Source of the DNA: Macrostomum lignano
Lineage: Eukaryota
NCBI GenBank assembly: GCA_002269645.1
Contig: NIVC01000345.1
Coordinates: 1-64,000, forward strand
Direction of reading: 5' to 3'
DNA length: 64,000 nucleotides
A program made the position numbers and the translations under genes. Of this stretch, positions 20,980-34,560 are shown one piece after another. Each line of letters opens with the position of its first letter. Position 1 is the first letter of the stretch. The notes beneath the pieces are model-generated. The model saw only the letters and a list, made by a program, of their open reading frames with translations. It did no database searches and had not been told where the DNA came from.

Positions 20980-23900
20980 TTAGTAATCGTGCAGGGTCTC
21001 TCTAGGATCATATTCGTCGGCCTCGTTGTCGCAAGCGTTACGAGGATAATAGTTGAAATCGTCATCAAAATAATTAGTTAAATGAATATGAATTTCGTTA
21101 AAGAAGTCTTCATGAGATCTCTGGGCCGAAGGCATCGAATCAAATGCTATTTTCTTAGCTACTGCACTTGCAGTAGTACTGATGGCACCAACACGGCTAG
21201 AAGAGGACACAACTTCTAATGCATTAGCACCACCCGCTTCAACACGATTGTCAGAGGCATCACTAGCTGACATCTGTTGCATAGACGAATGTTCAACTTC
21301 AGCACTGTCAGCATGCAGTAGGTCTTGCACAAACATTCTCTCTGCTTCCATTCTCAAATTATCGCAGTCTCTCCAACAGTCGCAAATTGTATCGAAATCT
21401 GCCCGCTTCTCTGGCTCTTGATGCGCGGTCAACCTGACAACCTGCTTGACTGTTGATTGCAACTGTTCCAATTCTTCGTCTTTATCTGTAGCAACATCGA
21501 AACACTTTTTATCTAATAAATCTTCAAACGCTTTCAAATGGCGACCTTCTTTAACCATTGCAGTGTACTTGTCCACTTCTTGACCAACTAGCCGTTGAAT
21601 CGACTGTCGCGAGAAAGCTTCAACAACGCAGATGCCGTACAGATACCGGTCAGAATAAGCATCCGGTTGGCGTAACAAATCGTCGTATTTTTCTGGTACT
21701 CGACGTTCAATTGTTCGGCGTTGTTCCAGCTCAAGGGACTGCTGTGTCGCGATGGAGTCTGCGATGTTTTTAGCCAGACCGAAATCAGCAATCTGCAATA
21801 AAGCAAAATTTATATTTCGCTCATTATACAACGCTCAAAATTCAACGCTCAACTCAACACTCAAGCTTCCCTACGATCTAGACCAGACCTCTTCACTCCA
21901 CTTCACTTCCTTCTGACCGACCTTCCGTGTCCGCCGTCAAGCCTGCACATCCCGCAGTATGCTGATTACATCTCAATCTGTGCGCGCGGACCGTCTGTCA
22001 TCAAACTTCCTGAGCTCATCCAACCGTACCTTGACTAGCTCTAATACCTTTATCTCGAAAACAAAAGACTTCCGCTTTCACCGGGAAAATCTACCGCAAC
22101 TATGTTCGCTAGCACCACACACGAATTTCGTGTAGCTCGCCTGCACCAAATCAAAAATCCTGGGCGTCACGTTTGACCCCCTTTTCCGGTTTCATGAGAA
22201 TGCCAAAATTGCTCCATCCAATTTGCTCCATCCTTCATGCCCTGTGCAGCACTCACTGGAGGACAATTAAGATACAGAAACTCTCAATGTTACCTTCAAA
22301 CCAATTTGCAGGTCGCAAATAAACTACTGCGCTCCAGTCTGGTCACCCCTGCTCAGCGAGACCAGCTGGAATCTACTCCAGCGCTGCCAAAAACACTGCC
22401 CTGTGGAATATCACCGGGTGTCAAAGTTGCACTCGAATTGAGCACCTACACTCAGAATGCGCTGTGCTCCCTGTCAAAGCGCATTTTGAGCTCCTCGGGT
22501 CTCAGTACTGGGCCTGCTGCTCGACCCCCTGGCATCCCAATCATCAGCTTTTCCGCGACCCCCAAGCCACAGCGCTCGATCTGCTGCAATCGCCGTTAAT
22601 TCTGCTTCGCCATTTCCGATCGCATCGGTTACCATCTCGCGCCCATCTCTGATTTCGCATCTCTTCGCATCGCCCACTCGGCCATCCATACCGCAATCGT
22701 CCGCGAGTATCTCATCAAGCAGCCGCCCAACCCGGTTCTTGGGTCGCGACCGCCCACTATCAACTCCTCCGAGCGCCTCCTTAGCCTTTGTCAGCGCACC
22801 ACCCTCGCTTAGCTACACTCCGGTCACTGTAAAGTTTGATAATTACCTTTATGTCCAAAGCCTCGGTGACGAGAATATTGTCCAGAGCCAGATCCAGGTG
22901 AAGCAACGACCCAGACTCTCTCGTCTGCAGATAATGGAACCCATCGGCTACTTGAAGCATCCACTTGGCAGTGAGAAACGGAAACACTTTGTATTCCTCA
23001 GACTGAAATCAAACAGTTTATTGAAAGCTACAACAAATGTATAACACAATATTTTAACACTTGTGATTTTTTTTCAATCACTGAGTATATCCCAACAGTT
23101 TGGATACCTCCAGACTCGATTCCAAGTGCAGTCACATTAATTTGAGGCTAAATTGGAATCTCGGCTTGGCTCTGTTCGTGCAACTGACGTCCAGCTTGAG
23201 TGCCAACTACCAAAACACAGTGAAGTGAAATAACTAACGATAAATAAAGTTAGGGCTGCTGTACACTTCTATGAGTGTGTGTCTGCTCCGGGGAGTCGGT
23301 GGAATGGGCAGTATTTCCTCTCGCCGGTTGTGACAATGTCGCTCAAAGTGCGCCAGGGGGAAACAGCCGCTGCCTCTAAAACCCTCAGCATACGCTCATA
23401 TTTTACCCTACAAAGATCATATTCAACGAAATCAACTCCAAAACTCACAATGTTCTCAATTCGGTTAATGAATTGCCGTAGACTTCCATGCTCGCAGTGC
23501 TCCATAACATAGCCACAGAATATACCCTCCTTGATAAACAGGCAAAGCACTTTAACAAATTCGTCTCGCTCCTGGCTCAACTTGTGCATGGCTTGAACTT
23601 CTCGCATTAATCGCTTATTAACCCTACAATGTAGACAATTTATAGCCAATTTTATTTTGAAGAACTGCTTAAGCTAACAATAATAAGGCCTACAAATTTT
23701 TATTCACCAGTTCATACTGATGCCTTTAATGCTGTCTTTTACTGGCGATAGCAGCTCTTTTAACACTAGCTTAGCCTGCGACTCATCAGATTTAAGTGAG
23801 CAAAGCTGGCACTTAGCAAATGCACCTTGGCCTGAAATATTTGTTGTACAGACAAAACACTTTTAGGAAAATACTAACTGCATTGAATGGATGTCAATAT

Positions 23901-24002
23901 TCAACAAAATAGAGTTCAAGATACAAACATACCAAGGTATCCATTCTCATATAGAACAATATCCTGCTCTGTGACATTGTCTAAGAGATTTTTTGAGCTC
24001 AT
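20980..24002 (-). CDS. Gene B: single atypical TKL/RIPK-like protein kinase with acidic C-terminal tail, ~445 aa
   Basis: Exons 24002-23933, 23831-23708, 23623-23449, 23002-22847, 21792-20980 join in frame (1338 nt). An in-frame TAG lies two codons upstream of the ATG. Motifs: LGQGAFAKC, LVLK, LMREV, MEHCEHGSL, HLDLALDNIL, IADFG, RRVPE, SDRYLYG. Intron positions and phases match both kinase domains of gene A. Confidence 0.88.
21835..22775 (+). pseudogene. Degenerate I-group-like non-LTR RT fragment in gene B intron (antisense)
   Basis: Remnant motifs KILGVTFDP.F.FH and (L)HSECAVLPVKAHFELLGSQY; multiple frameshifts. Confidence 0.55.
23105..23375 (+). mobile_element. SINE copy in gene B intron
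   Basis: Same blocks as the other copies, including AATTGGAATCTCGGCTTGG. Confidence 0.65.
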
Positions 24003-25625
24003 TGTCTAATAGGCTGAAAATATAGATAATCAATACATACTTTAAATTTAAATTCAAAGCAAATTCATTATTCCACCAACAAAATATAATAATACTGTAT
24101 AATAATGAATAGTAAATGAAAACTATAATATCTTAAAACTAAAAACCAATAATTAAAATTCCCATATCATTACTATAACTAAAAGAAATAAATGAGAACA
24201 AAACAAATTAAAAGCAATTATTTTATAATTTCTAATTTTAGCATTGCCTTATAGAAACCATTTTGTAGGCTTTATCAATTCTATGGAATATTAGATTTTG
24301 GTAAAAATAGTTCTGTTTATGCCAATTTTAGACTGATACAAACTTTTTATACCAACTAAGACAATATCTTTTTGGCTTCCACATGTTATGCAAGAAATTA
24401 GACATAGACATAAACATTTAAATAAATAAAATTAAAGTGCAAATGTTTTTGAAAATTTAAGCTATTATCTTTTATATAATTGTAATAGTGCCCAATTTGA
24501 GTTCGCGTGCACTTCTATTATTTTCTCTTTCTTTCTCTCTATGTCAACCCGCACCCATGCGTATAGTCTTTCATGAAATTTCTTTTTGTTTCTCATTGGC
24601 TGTAAATGTGTGAATAACGAACCCTAACCAATGGAGTGCTTAGTGCCTACCCTGTTGGAGAAATCAGATTGGTTAGGATTTTCTAAGCTGTATCTTTCAA
24701 CCTGCCTCCCTTTCACACAGTCAAGTCTATAAATTCAAGCAAGCTGGCAGGCTAATAAATCAAGTTTCTTTGACTAACAAAGTCTTCTATAGTTGGCGGG
24801 AATTTGAACTCCAAAATATGTGGCTATATAATTATAAAACATTTGCAAAATAATTGTTAAACTATATACTAATAGTTAAATATAAGACTTTATGCTATGT
24901 ACAACTGACCAGGTCTTAAAAACTTTGATATACTCACAAATTCCAGGGTCTAGATTGTGTACTTATATATACTAGAACAAAATCCTATTTTAACTAAATA
25001 CATGTTAGTGTATATAAAAAATGGATTTTTAAAAATAAAAGTATACATCAAAATTTCTCACAAAAAGGCTATTATCATTTAAAAACATATAATAGCCTAA
25101 AAGATTAATGCATAATTAGTTTTAACTAATAATTTTTACTCATAATTAGGTATAAATCTTTAAGTCTTAGGGAGATAGCTATATACCTATAGTACAACTA
25201 AAATAGATGCTAGCTTCAGCTATAATGGAATATTGTATTAGGCCAATAATCATTCCCTTTGGGTTTGGTTTTAGTTTTTATTGTAGCCTGAGCTATAGAT
25301 AGGCCTATTCATCTATTAAATAATGCAAATAGCCTTATTTAGAGCACAAAATAAATTCCTTATTGCATATTTATCCTATTTTTGCAAAGCATTTTACCAC
25401 TATCAATGGTTTCTTGATAAATTGAAAGTGATAGATTTGATAGTTGTAATGTAACGATAGGGAATAAATTGGCACAAATACTGAAAAAAGTTATGTATTA
25501 TGGGTAAGGGTAATTAGTTTAAAATCTATCATTGTATCATTATTTATGAATATGATTGATTAAACATCAATGTTATTACATAATAATTAATATAAAAATA
25601 GTGCTATTAGGTTGCTAATTAATGG

Positions 25626-25626
<1 letters not shown>

Positions 25627-25671
<45 letters not shown>
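25627..25671. repeat. (GA)n microsatellite
   Basis: Direct reading. Confidence 0.9.
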
Positions 25672-25676
<5 letters not shown>

Positions 25677-27784
25677 GATATAATGGAGATTCAATATTGT
25701 GGCCATCTTGGTCTTACACCGATTTAAGAGCCAACTAAGCGAAAGTTTAAAGTCAAAAGCAATTGAATTTAATTATTTTACTAATCGTTTTAACTAGAAA
25801 CGTGCAAGATTTATGAAATGAGCAAAAATAGAAATTGCTCTTTTAGAGGCGATGCCGAAACAATGTTTAGATCATATTAGTGTATGTTAGTTCCTTGTAG
25901 CTGTAGCGAATCCACAAATCTAGAAAAAGAAGACTTTCGGAGAAAAAAATTGTACTTGAATTAATTTCCGCAGAAGAAATAAAAGAACACAGCATGTATG
26001 CATCAAATACTTAGCCACGTACACGTAATTTTTTAATAATTTACAAAATCATATTCTAAATTAATATTTATTATTCGCCGTTTTTAACCAGCATAAGATT
26101 TTGATTTAATGAGTTAATTTATTCCGTTCATTAACAAAACAAAATTTCACTTTTTTTCGGGTAACGACTACTCAATGTGCTAGTTATCGCCGAACGCAAT
26201 CAATTATTGACAAAGCAAACATTGAAGCGTACATAAAAATTACCTCAGAAGTTGTCCTTGGGATGATAAATTAATTTAAACTTTTGAATGAACTTAATTT
26301 TACATGCACATTGTAGTGTAGACTCTCACGTTGCCAGTTTCAGTAGCCCGGCCAAGGGCCGTTTTGACATACGGTACCAATCTTTAATATTACCAGTTTC
26401 GTATTTTCACGTCTGCTTAAAGTAGTGCCCTAAGAATTTTAATCAACTGCGTACAATTGTAAACTCTGCGTACAGCGCGCGATCGATAATTTCGATTCCT
26501 GTTTTTCTCAGTTGGCCAATAGAAATGCATCGCATTAATTATACTAATTTCTCTCGCGCGCCACCCCCAGCCCGGTCCTTATCAGTTCTGTCTGGCCGTG
26601 CGCTCGGGGCCTTTTCACTTTCGCTCCTCCTACTTTGCCTCATTGACTTTTGCTCCGCCTTCACTCCTGTCTGCCCTCCTGTTTGGACTTTAGCTCCGCC
26701 GCCACCCCGTCTGGGGCCTTCGCCTGTTTAGACTTTGTTAGCCTCTCGCACCCTTGCGAGCCCGTGTAGCTTTGTAGGCTCTGACTGCCTTTACTTGGTC
26801 ACTTGCCTTCTCTCCGCCACGGTTCTAGCCACGCCTCTGTCACTACCCGCCACGCCACTTCTACTTAAGCCGATTTCTTTATGGTTGTGTAGCCGCCAGT
26901 GGATTGTTAATCAAAGTACAAGACGTAATAATAAATTAAGTCTGCAGCCAGCGTCCGTATTAACGCTAATCCAATTTACTGCCAAGTGCTACCGCTACAA
27001 TTCCGCCTCTGCCACACTTATTTGTCTTCGCTTGTTCGCGAGGCCGCCACGCCACGCCAATATCGTCACAAGACGCTGCATGCAGCGTGTGTGTATATAC
27101 TCAGATACTCAGAAAAATCGAAAAGTCGCCATCACAGAAGATTCCGTCTGTGATTTCCACTTTTAGAGTGTGCAGGTAGTCTTTTAATCTTTTGCGAGTG
27201 ACACAACTTGTGCGAAAATGCGGTGTGCGAGGGGTTGGACGGATTAAATTTTGCTACCCCCGATCAGTTTTCTCGTATATTATATATTAGAATAGTCCAA
27301 CAGAAATTGCTCACTAGCGCATAGAGTGGCGACTTTTCAATGTTGCTGAGAGTATATGTATTTTACCGGCGGCTTGGCCCGCGGCCTCTTTCATATCAGA
27401 CGTTGATCTTCTCATACCCAACGCTATCTCACTCGCAGTTAGTCGACGTAAATAGCATTCCGTGTGGTCCCCATCTGACGCTGTGTTCATCCCATCTAGT
27501 GGACTTCAGTCATCAAGCCATAATGTCATTTAGTCAGCCAATTTTCTCCAAACACAACAGTTCTACATCATCAGCTAGGCGCATGCAGCAGCAACCTTCT
27601 GGTTGTTTTAATCACTGGTGAATTTTCTACAGTCACCGGGGCAACTAATTGGTACCTTGATTGGTAGGTAGATGCCACGGCTGAAGGTCCTTTTGCACCG
27701 CGTCAATTTGTACATAGTGGAAATTTGTGTGAAAGCCAAATACCATTGGACTTTTATCAATTTTTACTTGCACCTTTTTAAGAG

Positions 27785-28093
27785 GCAGGGACCCTGGCAC
27801 GCTCAAGCGGACAGTGTACACAACCAGCGAGAGGAATTACTGCCCATTCCGCCGACTCGCCTGAGCAGGCACACAAGCGCGCGGATACGTGCACAGTCAT
27901 ACGCACACGCAGACACTCACACAGGAGTGTACAGCGGCCCTAACTTCATTTATCGTTAGGGATGTACACTTCACACTGTGCCTTGAGAACCAAGCCGAGA
28001 TTCCAAATTAGCCCAAAATTAATGCGACTGCACTTGAAATCGAGCCTGGGCCGCTGGCACATCAGAGCGCCGCGTTAGACCACGACTACTCGT
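27785..28093 (-). mobile_element. tRNA-type SINE, most complete copy
   Basis: Head GTAGTCGTGGTCTAACGCGG (A-box-like) ... GGCTCGATTTC (B-box-like). The body (TAACGATAAAT.AAGTTAGGGCCGCTGTACAC ... GAGTCGGCGGAATGGGCAGTAA) recurs at ~19405-19610, ~23105-23375 and ~56640-56830. Confidence 0.65.
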
Positions 28094-28149
28094 ACAGGCT
28101 ACGGCTCACCAGAAATGTACTTGAGCGCAGTCCCAGCAGGTAGCAAAGC

Positions 28150-29090
28150 GGCAATGCAACAATAACAAAAAACAACAGAATACGCAGTTTTGCGTCACAG
28201 GGCGCGCTTCAGGGCCAGGTCGCGAATGAACGCCACGCCGCCGACGAAACCGGGGTGCCGGCGTCAGCCAGCAGGCAGTCGACGAAATGCCAAAGTGCGC
28301 GCCTGCCCCCGCCGGTAGGGTGCCTGCAGCGTTAGCAGCAGCACCTCCTGCACCGGCTCTGGGTAGTACGAATGATGTGCGAATGATGCGCGGATGATGT
28401 GGCCTGCCAGCTGTAGTCGCCGACGGCGCAACAGGTCGCTTGGACGGGCCAGGCCGGCGCAGCGATACAAAGCCGCGTTGGTCACTCGCTCGTAGCCGAT
28501 CTTGAAGGCGGCGCGCAGCAGGCCAGCTGCGCCGCGTCAACTTGCTGCTGGAGCGACCCCCGCAGCTAGCGTCCAGGTCTCGGCGTTGTACAGCAGGACG
28601 GTCTCAATCACCGCCTGGAACAACGCCGCCCTCTGGCGGTCAGGTAAGGCCTCGGACTGCAGGCTGCCCTCACAGAACGAAAGGCAGTCCAGGCAAGCCC
28701 GCGGCGACGCCGCAAATCCTCGCGGACGCCGTGAACCAGACCGCCGAGGTAGACGAACTGCTGACAACGCGGAAGCTCTGTCGCCTGTCCATCAGCGCCT
28801 CGGCATAAAATCGCAGCCTCGATGTCGTCCGGCCCGCATATCACGACGACGGTCTTCTGCGTGTTGACCACCAAGCCGACACTCGCCGCAACAGCAACTA
28901 GCTTGTCCAGTTGTCGCTGGGCGCCCTCGACAGTTGAGGACAGCAGGGCGGGGTCGTCGGCGTAGCCAAGCACGCTGAGCCGCCTCTCCGGTTGCCGTCG
29001 ACCCACGTGTCGCCGCAACAGAAAGCCGTTGTCGTTGGTCGTTAGTCCTCAGCACCCAGTCAAGCACCAGGACGAACAGGAACGGCTTTC
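28150..29090 (-). pseudogene. Degenerate RTE-like RT 3' fragment
   Basis: GYADDPALLS, GLVVNTQKT, FVYLGG, LFQAVIETVLLYNAETW, RLQLAGHIIR across shifted frames, followed by a TTG-rich tail. Confidence 0.8.
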
Positions 29091-29521
29091 TTTTTATTGC
29101 TTAAAAACAATAAATTGTATTGTTTTATTGTTTTATTGTTTTATTGTAAACACGTACTTTCTATAAATTCGACAATTTAATAGTACATTTTGCATTTTGC
29201 ATATAGTCTCGTGGATATATTTGAACGGTGTTACATGTACGCTCTACTTACACTGCAATAACACTTACTCAGCTTTTGAAGTACCGTACTACCTATAATG
29301 AAGCTCAATATCCGCTCAAAAATACGTGAATACCCTAATTGTTATCGAGGTATGGTTTCTCCGAGCTAAAGCGGAATTACCTTGGTACAGCCTTAGAAAA
29401 TCCTCTGGTTATAATTTACATTGGACTGCATGCCCTTTATCGGGAGCCTCTTCTTATAATCGCTTTGCTTGTACATTGTATCTAAAAATAGAACGGCGTC
29501 TCATGACTTCAAATCATACAT

Positions 29522-29677
29522 GCGCAACCTTGGGAATCACCCGGCCGTTTCTATTGGCAACACACACATGTAAGTCGCTATTGGCTGAGAGCAGTCACGT
29601 GACTACTATTCTGTCCAATAGCGAATTACGTGTGTGTGTTGCCAATAGAAACGGCCGGGTGAATCCCTAGGTTGCGC
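29522..29677. repeat. 156-bp imperfect palindrome centred on CACGTG, upstream of gene C
   Basis: GCGCAACC...CACCCGGCCGTTTCTATTGGCAACACACAC..GCTATTGG..GTCAC|GTGAC..CCAATAGC..GTGTGTGTTGCCAATAGAAACGGCCGGGTG...GGTTGCGC. Confidence 0.85.
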
Positions 29678-29860
29678 CCAAGCATGCTTCAAATAAACAA
29701 TGAATAATCCGTGGATTGACCGTGGAATACCTGTGGAAAATTCCGCCAAAACTCTACATCGTTGGCACCGAGAAGAAATGCTTCGAAAATTTAAAAATGC
29801 ACTTGTGCTTGTGCAGAAATTCAGAAAAATTCATACTGAAAGCAGACACTTGTAGGTGTC

Positions 29861-32800
29861 ATGAACTCAAAGAGCGTCAAATCATTGAATGTTAAACGAA
29901 GCGAGAATACAAGTATGTTAGGCAAATGTAAGTTACAGTTTACATATTTAGGTTCAATTGTACGTGTGCCTTAGGTCCTTTGCTACAAATGCTTCTATAG
30001 TAAATTTTCGATCTTAAATTTGAAACAGGTAGTGATACTTTTGCAGACATTCTTCGCTGCGTTCGCAGGCAAGTACCCTTCTCTGTCTGTCAGACTGTTT
30101 TAAAAATTCTCAAAACACTTACGAGTACGTGACGCTTTGGTATTTATACTATTTTTCACTTTCACTGATGGAAAAAAAGAGGTAAATTATAAATTACTAA
30201 GCTTGATAATTTTCAGATTAAATTCAATTATTAAAGCATTACGAGAGCGTATCCAGGACAGTGTGGCAGCAATAAAATGGTATGATCATCACATAAATCC
30301 ACTTGATGACAGAGTAGAATGCCACAATCTTGAGACTATGGCGAGTCTGCTGAACAAACTTGTAAGTCAATTTGAGAACTTTGATAGTTTTAGCAACGAG
30401 GGCTTCAACACCAGGGGCTTTAGCACCAGGGGCTTTAGCACCAGGGGCTTTAGCACCAGGGGCTTTAGCACCAGGGGCTTTAGCACCAGGGGCTTTAGCA
30501 CCAGGGGCTTTAGCACCAGTGGCTTTAGCACCAGTGGCTTTAGCACCAAGGGGCTTTAGCACCAGTGGCTTTAGCACCAGTGGCTTTAGCACCAGTGGCT
30601 TTAGCACCAGGGGCTTTAGCACCAGGGGCTTTAGCACCAGGGGATTTAGCACCAGGGGATTTAGCACCAGGGGCGCCAGCACCAGGGGCGCCAGCACCAG
30701 GGGCGCCAGCACCAGGGGCGCCAGCACCAGGGGCGCCAGCACCAGGGGCGCTAGCACAAGGGGCGCTAGCACAAGGGGCGCCACCACAAGGGGCGCCACC
30801 ACAAGGGGCGCCACCACAAGGGGCGCCACCACAAGGGGCGCCACCACAAGGGGCGCCAGCTCCTGAGTATTAGAACTTAGCATTAGATCTGCAAAGCTGC
30901 TGTAAAAGGGCGCCAAATGAGCTGGCAAGAGGTGCCACTGTTTGCCATCCTACGGAGTGGGGGCAGCCCCTTACTTTCCTTAAGCTTCATAATTACATAT
31001 ATGCATAAGCGCCAGCTTCATGCACATCCTATTATTTGTCTTTTACGGCTGCCTTTCAGTGCACAGTTCAGGAAGATATTCAATGCCTGACGGTTCAACT
31101 GGCAAACGGAGTGGCTGAGGCCTTAGATTATCTGCAGAGCATGCAGCATTCGGCTGACGAAGGCTGGGATGGAGAAGTCACTACGGACTGTGTACTTATT
31201 GACGAGCATCTGAATGCAAAGGTAAGGCGCAGTGCTCACGATTCACACACTAAAATCGGTTGTCAAGACATTGAAACTGACATCGTGTGACTCCCGATCA
31301 ATGCTAATTTTTCAGGTTTCACTAGCAACGGATTCACTAAAAGCTACGGGATTTCAAGATCGAACAGCTTCTAAAGAACATTGTCGAGACTCTTTGCGGC
31401 AGCGAAATCAGCTTAGGGGAATACTTTATAATTATACCATCTTTGTTTTGGAACTTTTCTCTAAAATCTTATTAAAGAAAACAGTAATGCCAGAGAGCTT
31501 CGAACAGCTGCTAAAATTGCGGGCGCGTCCGAAACGATTTATTAATCATCTGGACGAACTCTGGAGTGAAGCGCGAACTAAGGGCCGCAGAGACAGTACA
31601 GATCTGACTCGACTTAAGTCAACGATTGTTCAAGTTGCAAGCATCTCCTTGTCCGAGAAGGAAGCAACCATGGCCGAAGTGAGTCAGCTTTGGAAACGTA
31701 GCGGCTTATTAAAGCAAGCACTGATTGATCGAGAACTTGTACTTCAAGTACTCAAAGGTACAATTGATAAAAGCGTTGACTTGTGGTCTGGAGATTCGGC
31801 AGCTGGCACTCTTATGGACAAGAAAACACGGAGCTTTACTGAAACTGGAAAACCAACAGAGGAAGCATGTAAAATGGAGATTTTTTCAACTGCTACAGCA
31901 TCAACTAAGACATGCAGAGTTACCGTCATGAATCTCCCCGATAACCGACAGTTTTTCAGCGGTACGTCAAAGTCAAAGACGTTTTTTGTCTTGTCTAAAA
32001 GTACGCTTATGACGTGTGCTGCGCCACGAAAAAAAAGGGTTTCAGACAGTTGTTTTCCAAGATGTTCTTATCTATTCTAGCTAATCAGTTGCGTAATGCA
32101 GTCGGTAAGATTTAAAATAAAAAGGATTTAAAGTAATAGCGACATCTGTCCAATAGACATGGAGTAGTGCATGAGAAGAAGCGGTAAAGGAGAGGATGCA
32201 GGCTGCTTATTACTCAAATATGCGGTTCAACTTATCATTGATATGTTTCAAATTGTTGGTGTCCATATGAAAGAAACATATGGTGGTACTTCTGCCTGTC
32301 TCACTGGTACAGTAGACGAGCCATACATCTCATTCTGAAAACAGAAATAAATTAGAGTTTTAAAGTTTAGTAAGAATTGGTAATTTCCAAACATTTGTTT
32401 TAATTTCATCAAGCCATCAAAACTCTGTTCTAATATAAATTAGCAGCAAAATTTGATCCTTCAGAGCTTGGCTTCAGCGGGAGCTCAGGTGGCCTGAAGA
32501 TCAGCATCTCGTCGATAGCCAGTGACCTCTCGACTGCAGTAGTCAGACAGACTATTCCCGCTATGCTAGGCGATGAAGTTGACCTGCTAACTAGAAGCTA
32601 CTCAAGTGCGACAGTCAACCACGAGCTCATTAAACGACTGTGCAACTGCTCTGAAGTTGTTGACCGACTGAAACTGATTCTACTTGAGCTGGATAGCTTA
32701 ATGACGGTCAGACATTTTGGAATCGACTCGAGTAACCAAGCTATCTCTGGTGGACAAGCCGAAACAGCTCTAAGAAATTTGCGTGAAAGAGAGCTCATAT

Positions 32801-32886
32801 CGGCAAGAGATCTCGGATCGGCCTTTAAAAAGTGCGGCTGCTTAAATGGTCTACGAATTCTGCGAGATTTTGAGACGAGTAATTAA
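29861..32886 (+). CDS. Gene C: pseudokinase plus C-terminal death-fold domain (paralog of gene A), ~513 aa
   Basis: Exons 29861-29927 (alternative donor after 29912), 30029-30128, 30217-30361, 31060-31221, 31316-31961, 32465-32886 join in frame with the same 1-2-0-0 intron phases as genes A and B. The Gly loop is degenerate (SDTFADILRC), the beta3 Lys is kept (TVLK), there is no alphaC Glu, HRD is replaced (WDGEVTTDCVLIDEHLNAK) and DFG is replaced (VSLAT). The last exon aligns with the gene A death fold (LLTRSY..LIKRLCN / LLQRSY..LARRLCN; FKKCGCLNGLRILRDFE / LKRFGCLEGLKILREFE). Confidence 0.78.
30402..30862. repeat. 15-bp minisatellite (GGGGCTTTAGCACCA grading to GGGCGCCACCACAAG), gene C intron
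   Basis: Direct reading. Confidence 0.92.
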
Positions 32887-33886
32887 GCCGGGTTGTGTGC
32901 AGATGCCCATATGATACCCAAACTATATGTGCGTTTGATCATAACCCAGCAAAGCTAGCTAAGTCACGTAGGGTGCAGTGCTTGCAAATTTTATTGATTC
33001 GCATCGACCAGAAACACCTAGCATTCATATTTGGAAAAAAAACACACACATTAAAAAACAAACGAAATAAAAAGCTAATATATTGAAAACTCAGTAAAAT
33101 TGAATGGCCTAGAATTAATGAAGAGTCGAGTGTGATTAACATTTTTTAAAAAGTAAGCATCCAAGAAAAATATTCAGGTACGATTTTGTCATTGAAACTT
33201 CACATGAATAACTTTTTTGTTTGTGATAAAGTCTGATTTGTCTATTCTGCAACGATAAATGGCTCTGCTTAGTTTACATTTTGTAAACTTAGCCGGTACT
33301 TCGCAAAGTGACACTGTCTACCTATCAACGCGTGAAATTGTTATAACTGTGTAATTGTTATAATTGTTATACCATGTATATCACAAATACAAAAACGCGA
33401 TATATTAAACAAGACAAAACCAATAAAAGCACCCTTGATGTTAACTTTTCTTACATTAAAATGTTTTATTTTATTCAAGTAATACATTGTATACGATATG
33501 AACCTAAAACAGCTAGTGTATTTTATTGACAATGTAAACGCGCATGACTCGCACGAATTTATAACTCGCATGATTATTTCAATCCATTTTGATAACGGTA
33601 TAATATAACTATGTTGTACGAGTTTTCTTCAACCTAAGTCAGACTTTTCATTTCTATTAAACTTCTTTTAATACGTCTGCAAATATCTCATGAGAAGGAG
33701 GGTTGTAAGCTCAGCAGTATGAAAGCTTACATGTATATCTACTAGCTTTTGCGATCCTCGAACTCCGAGCACTGTTACAACCGAAGCAAGTAGCTACAGC
33801 GACCGCCACAAGCCGTATTACAGTGCAATAGCCAGTTACGTATTCTAAGCATAAAAGAGTTTTCACGACGGAAAGTCAACTCTCGC

Positions 33887-34560
33887 TCCTTAGATCTCCA
33901 CTCTCGCTCCCAGATCTCCACTCTCCCTCCCAGATCTCCACTCTCCCTCCCAGATCTCCACTCTCCCTCCCAGATCTCCACTCTCCCTCCCAGATCTCCA
34001 CTCTCCCTCCCAGATCTCCACTCTCGCTCCCAGATCTCCACTCTCGCTCCCAGATCTCCACTCTCGCTCCCAGATCTCCACTCTCGCTCCCAGATCCTCA
34101 CTCTCGCTCCCAGATCTCCACTCTCCCTCCAGATCTCCACTCTCGCTCCCAGATCTCCACTCTCCCTCCCAGATCTCCACTCTCCCTCCCAGATCTCCAC
34201 TCTCCCTCCCAGATCTCCACTCTCGCTCCCAGATCTCCACTCTCGCTCCCAGATCTCCACTCTCCCTCCCAGATCTCCACTCTCCCTCCCAGATCTCCAC
34301 TCTCCCTCCCAGATCTCCACTCTCCCTCCCAGATCTCCACTCTCGCTCCCAGATCTCCACTCTCGCTCCCAGATCTCCACTCTCGCTCCCAGATCTCCAC
34401 TCTCGCTCCCAGATCCTCACTCTCGCTCCCAGATCTCCACTCTCCCTCCAGATCTCCACTCTCGCTCCCAGATCTCCACTCTCCCTCCCAGATCTCCACT
34501 CTCCCTCCCAGATCTCCACTCTCGCTCCCAGATCTCCACTCTCGCACTCTCCCAATTTCC
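33887..34560. repeat. 20-bp minisatellite (CTCGCTCCCAGATCTCCACT)
   Basis: Direct reading. Confidence 0.92.

Noticed and set aside
30168-30181. Alternative start for gene C (ATG GAA AAA AAG AG|GTAAAT)
   Set aside because: Possible, but the upstream exons 29861-29927 and 30029-30128 align with the Gly-loop/beta3 exons of the paralogs, so the longer model was preferred.
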